NCBI RefSeq assembly: GCF_035594765.1
Contig: NC_085842.1
Location: 248,693,747 to 248,757,746, forward strand
Source of the DNA: Anolis carolinensis
Taxonomy: Eukaryota
Length of the DNA: 64,000 bases
Direction of reading: 5' to 3'
Shown: one piece after another, positions 61,761-64,000 of the stretch
How the letters are laid out: each line of letters opens with the position of its first letter
Position numbering within the stretch: position 1 is the first letter of the stretch
The notes under the pieces: model-generated
The model's database searches: none
Seen by the model: only the letters and a program-made list of their open reading frames with translations
Told to the model about the DNA's origin: nothing
Position numbers and translations under genes: made by a program

Positions 61761-64000
61761 AGTTTTTTTTTGCTATTCTGTTTGTAACATAGGGTTGTTC
61801 AGAGCTTGGCATGTTTACTGAAGGCTCAGAAGGAGGGTGGTCATTTTGGATCCTCCTCATACTATTAGACTCCCCAGCAGCCCTAGCTAGGATAAGCTAT
61901 GGCAAAAGCTTATGGGGGATGAATTCCAATAATTTGGTGAATGCAGATGTTGCTGTTATCCCACATGTTGCACTCTAGGTTTGCCTAGCTTAGCATCAGA
62001 TCCTCTCTGGGAAGGAGTTCAACAACCATGAGTCATCTGTAGCAGTAGCCATTGATGGATACCCAATAGTATTGGCCAAGATTTGGCTTGTCCACTGCAT
62101 GATCCTCAAATATGCACACTCTTTTTTCCTGCAGTGGAGAAACACTTCCATTCCTAGTGGCATTGTTCATGAGAAAAAGAAGGCAGAGAAGCAGCTGGTG
62201 GCTGCTACTAGTCCTTATTTCTACATATTTTCTCTCTAGGGCAGCAGTATTAAACTCTGCCTTTGTTGGGGATGGAGCACATGACAGTGGCAGTAAGAGC
62301 AGCAGTTGCCTCCGTCTACCTGCTTAAAGCAAATTCTTGCAGGTAGCAGTGGTTCCTAGTAGTAGACATAGCCATCTGGGCTGAATAAACTGGAGAGGAG
62401 ATGCAGACGTGGCAGCCATTTGGCACCCCAAGTAGCAAGTGAAAAGACTACCAATTCTGGTGGTTCTGATGTCATCAGGATGATCAAGTTTCTCTGGGCT
62501 TCAGTCTGAATGCTAAAGGAATCATTCAAGGTCTTTAATCTAGTCTGAATAGGGTTCAGCACCTTGGATAGCGCTTCTAAATTTCAGGCTAAAGCCAGAA
62601 CATTACAATGAAATGACATAATGAGCGACAGATAAATTGTGTCTCTGTGGCACAGTATACACTCAGCCCTTGGTATCCATATGGGTTGGTTTTAGGATAC
62701 CAAAATACAGAGATGCTCAAGTTGTTTATATGGACACTCTGCAGCATTACCTGTATGGTGTCCTGTCCTTCCCCAAACCTCTTTCAGTTTGAAATATCTA
62801 ACCTGCCCAGCCCTTTGCATAGATATGTGGCTAAGCTCTTCACACAAGACTTGCAAGCCCAGTAATAGAGGTCTCCATTCATAGTAAGCCTTTGTGAATG
62901 CCAGTGGCAGGAATACACAGAGCTTTGCGCCAAGGTCTGATCCTTGAAACACTTGTGCATCAAGTTGGATTCAATGGAAGGAGTCTATGCTGGGTGGTGA
63001 TGGGATTGACTGGCACCAGCTGCCTTGCAGCGTTTTAATTTTTGTATACATTTTATCATGTTTTAATTGCTTTGTTTTATAGTATATTTGTTGCTGGCCC
63101 TCATGGCAGAATGTAAGCCGCTCTGAGTCCCCTCGGGGAGAAGGGTGGGGTATAAATGCATGTAATAAATAATAAATACTATCCTGGGCCTCTTTCCTGT
63201 TCCTCTGCTGGGCAGTTGGGCTCGGACCTTCACTAGCATTCCCCTGTGGCTGGTGGCAATGTGAGTGTATAGATAAAGTCACATCAGTTACCCATTTGGT
63301 GCCCCCTTTCCAACTTCCAGACTGCAGCAAGACTCCCTGTTTTTTTTTGTTTTTTGTTTTGTTTAATATTTTTGAATTATGGATCCAGAGGACTGTATGT
63401 GGTTTTCAAATAGACACACAATTAATAATGCACAGAAAGTCTGATGTGTAAAAGGGTTCCAGGTGAACACAGTTGTCCTCATGCATCACTTTGCTGTTAT
63501 TCTGAAAATCCCCTATGTGTAGGAGCTTAAGATTTAGGTGGGGGATCAATCTCCTGTACTCTCAAGCATCCTGTGTATTGGAAGATCTCTGTATCTTTCT
63601 TTATATTCTCATTATATATCTTGATAATTGGTGGAAATTCAAAAACGTTTGTGTCAAGTTTTAAATGGCATCCCTGTTTGTTTGACCTCCTGACTATCCC
63701 TGTGTTTTGGCTTGCAAATGAGCTTGGGCATGTGAGTAGAATTACAAAGTGTATGTGTGCTATATTGATCTGTGGCTGCCGATGTGTTGCCCTCTATTTG
63801 AAGGGAAACTGGTGAAGCAACTAGAATTACACTGCTTGAATTTTCTCACCATTTATAAACAGTAGGAAAGATTTAATCGAGATACAAGCAGCGAGGGAGT
63901 AATAGTCAGGAGAAGGACTGGGAAGCTTCAAAATAGGGTAGACTCGAAGTGAAAATGTAGAGATGGTGGCTTCTCAGCAGGGTTAAAGAAAGCGGGATGG

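Overview
Vertebrate genomic DNA. The repeat families (Sauria-type SINEs, BovB, CR1, R4/Dong, Penelope, hAT/Harbinger/Tc1 MITEs) point to a squamate, most likely an Anolis-type lizard; this is inferred, not confirmed by a search. Bases 1 to ~50,800 are transposon-rich, with no host coding exons that I can recognise. A CpG island at ~50.85-52.6 kb holds the promoter and 5' UTR of TLE4 (Groucho/TLE co-repressor, + strand). Four coding exons encode the start of the Q domain (52531-52575, 54326-54423, 55675-55738, 57119-57163; MIRDLSKMYPQSRHP...EMHKQ), and the gene continues past the window end. There are two assembly gaps in intron 4. I found no convincing wholly new biological system. The best leads are: a Penelope-derived minimal hammerhead ribozyme motif antisense in TLE4 intron 1; a degenerate ~150-180 bp tandem repeat abutting the promoter; a candidate poison exon in intron 4; a ~900 bp fold-back composite hAT element; tandem (TAA)n-targeted R4/Dong insertions; and several nested TE stacks. 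All family names come from motif recognition by eye.
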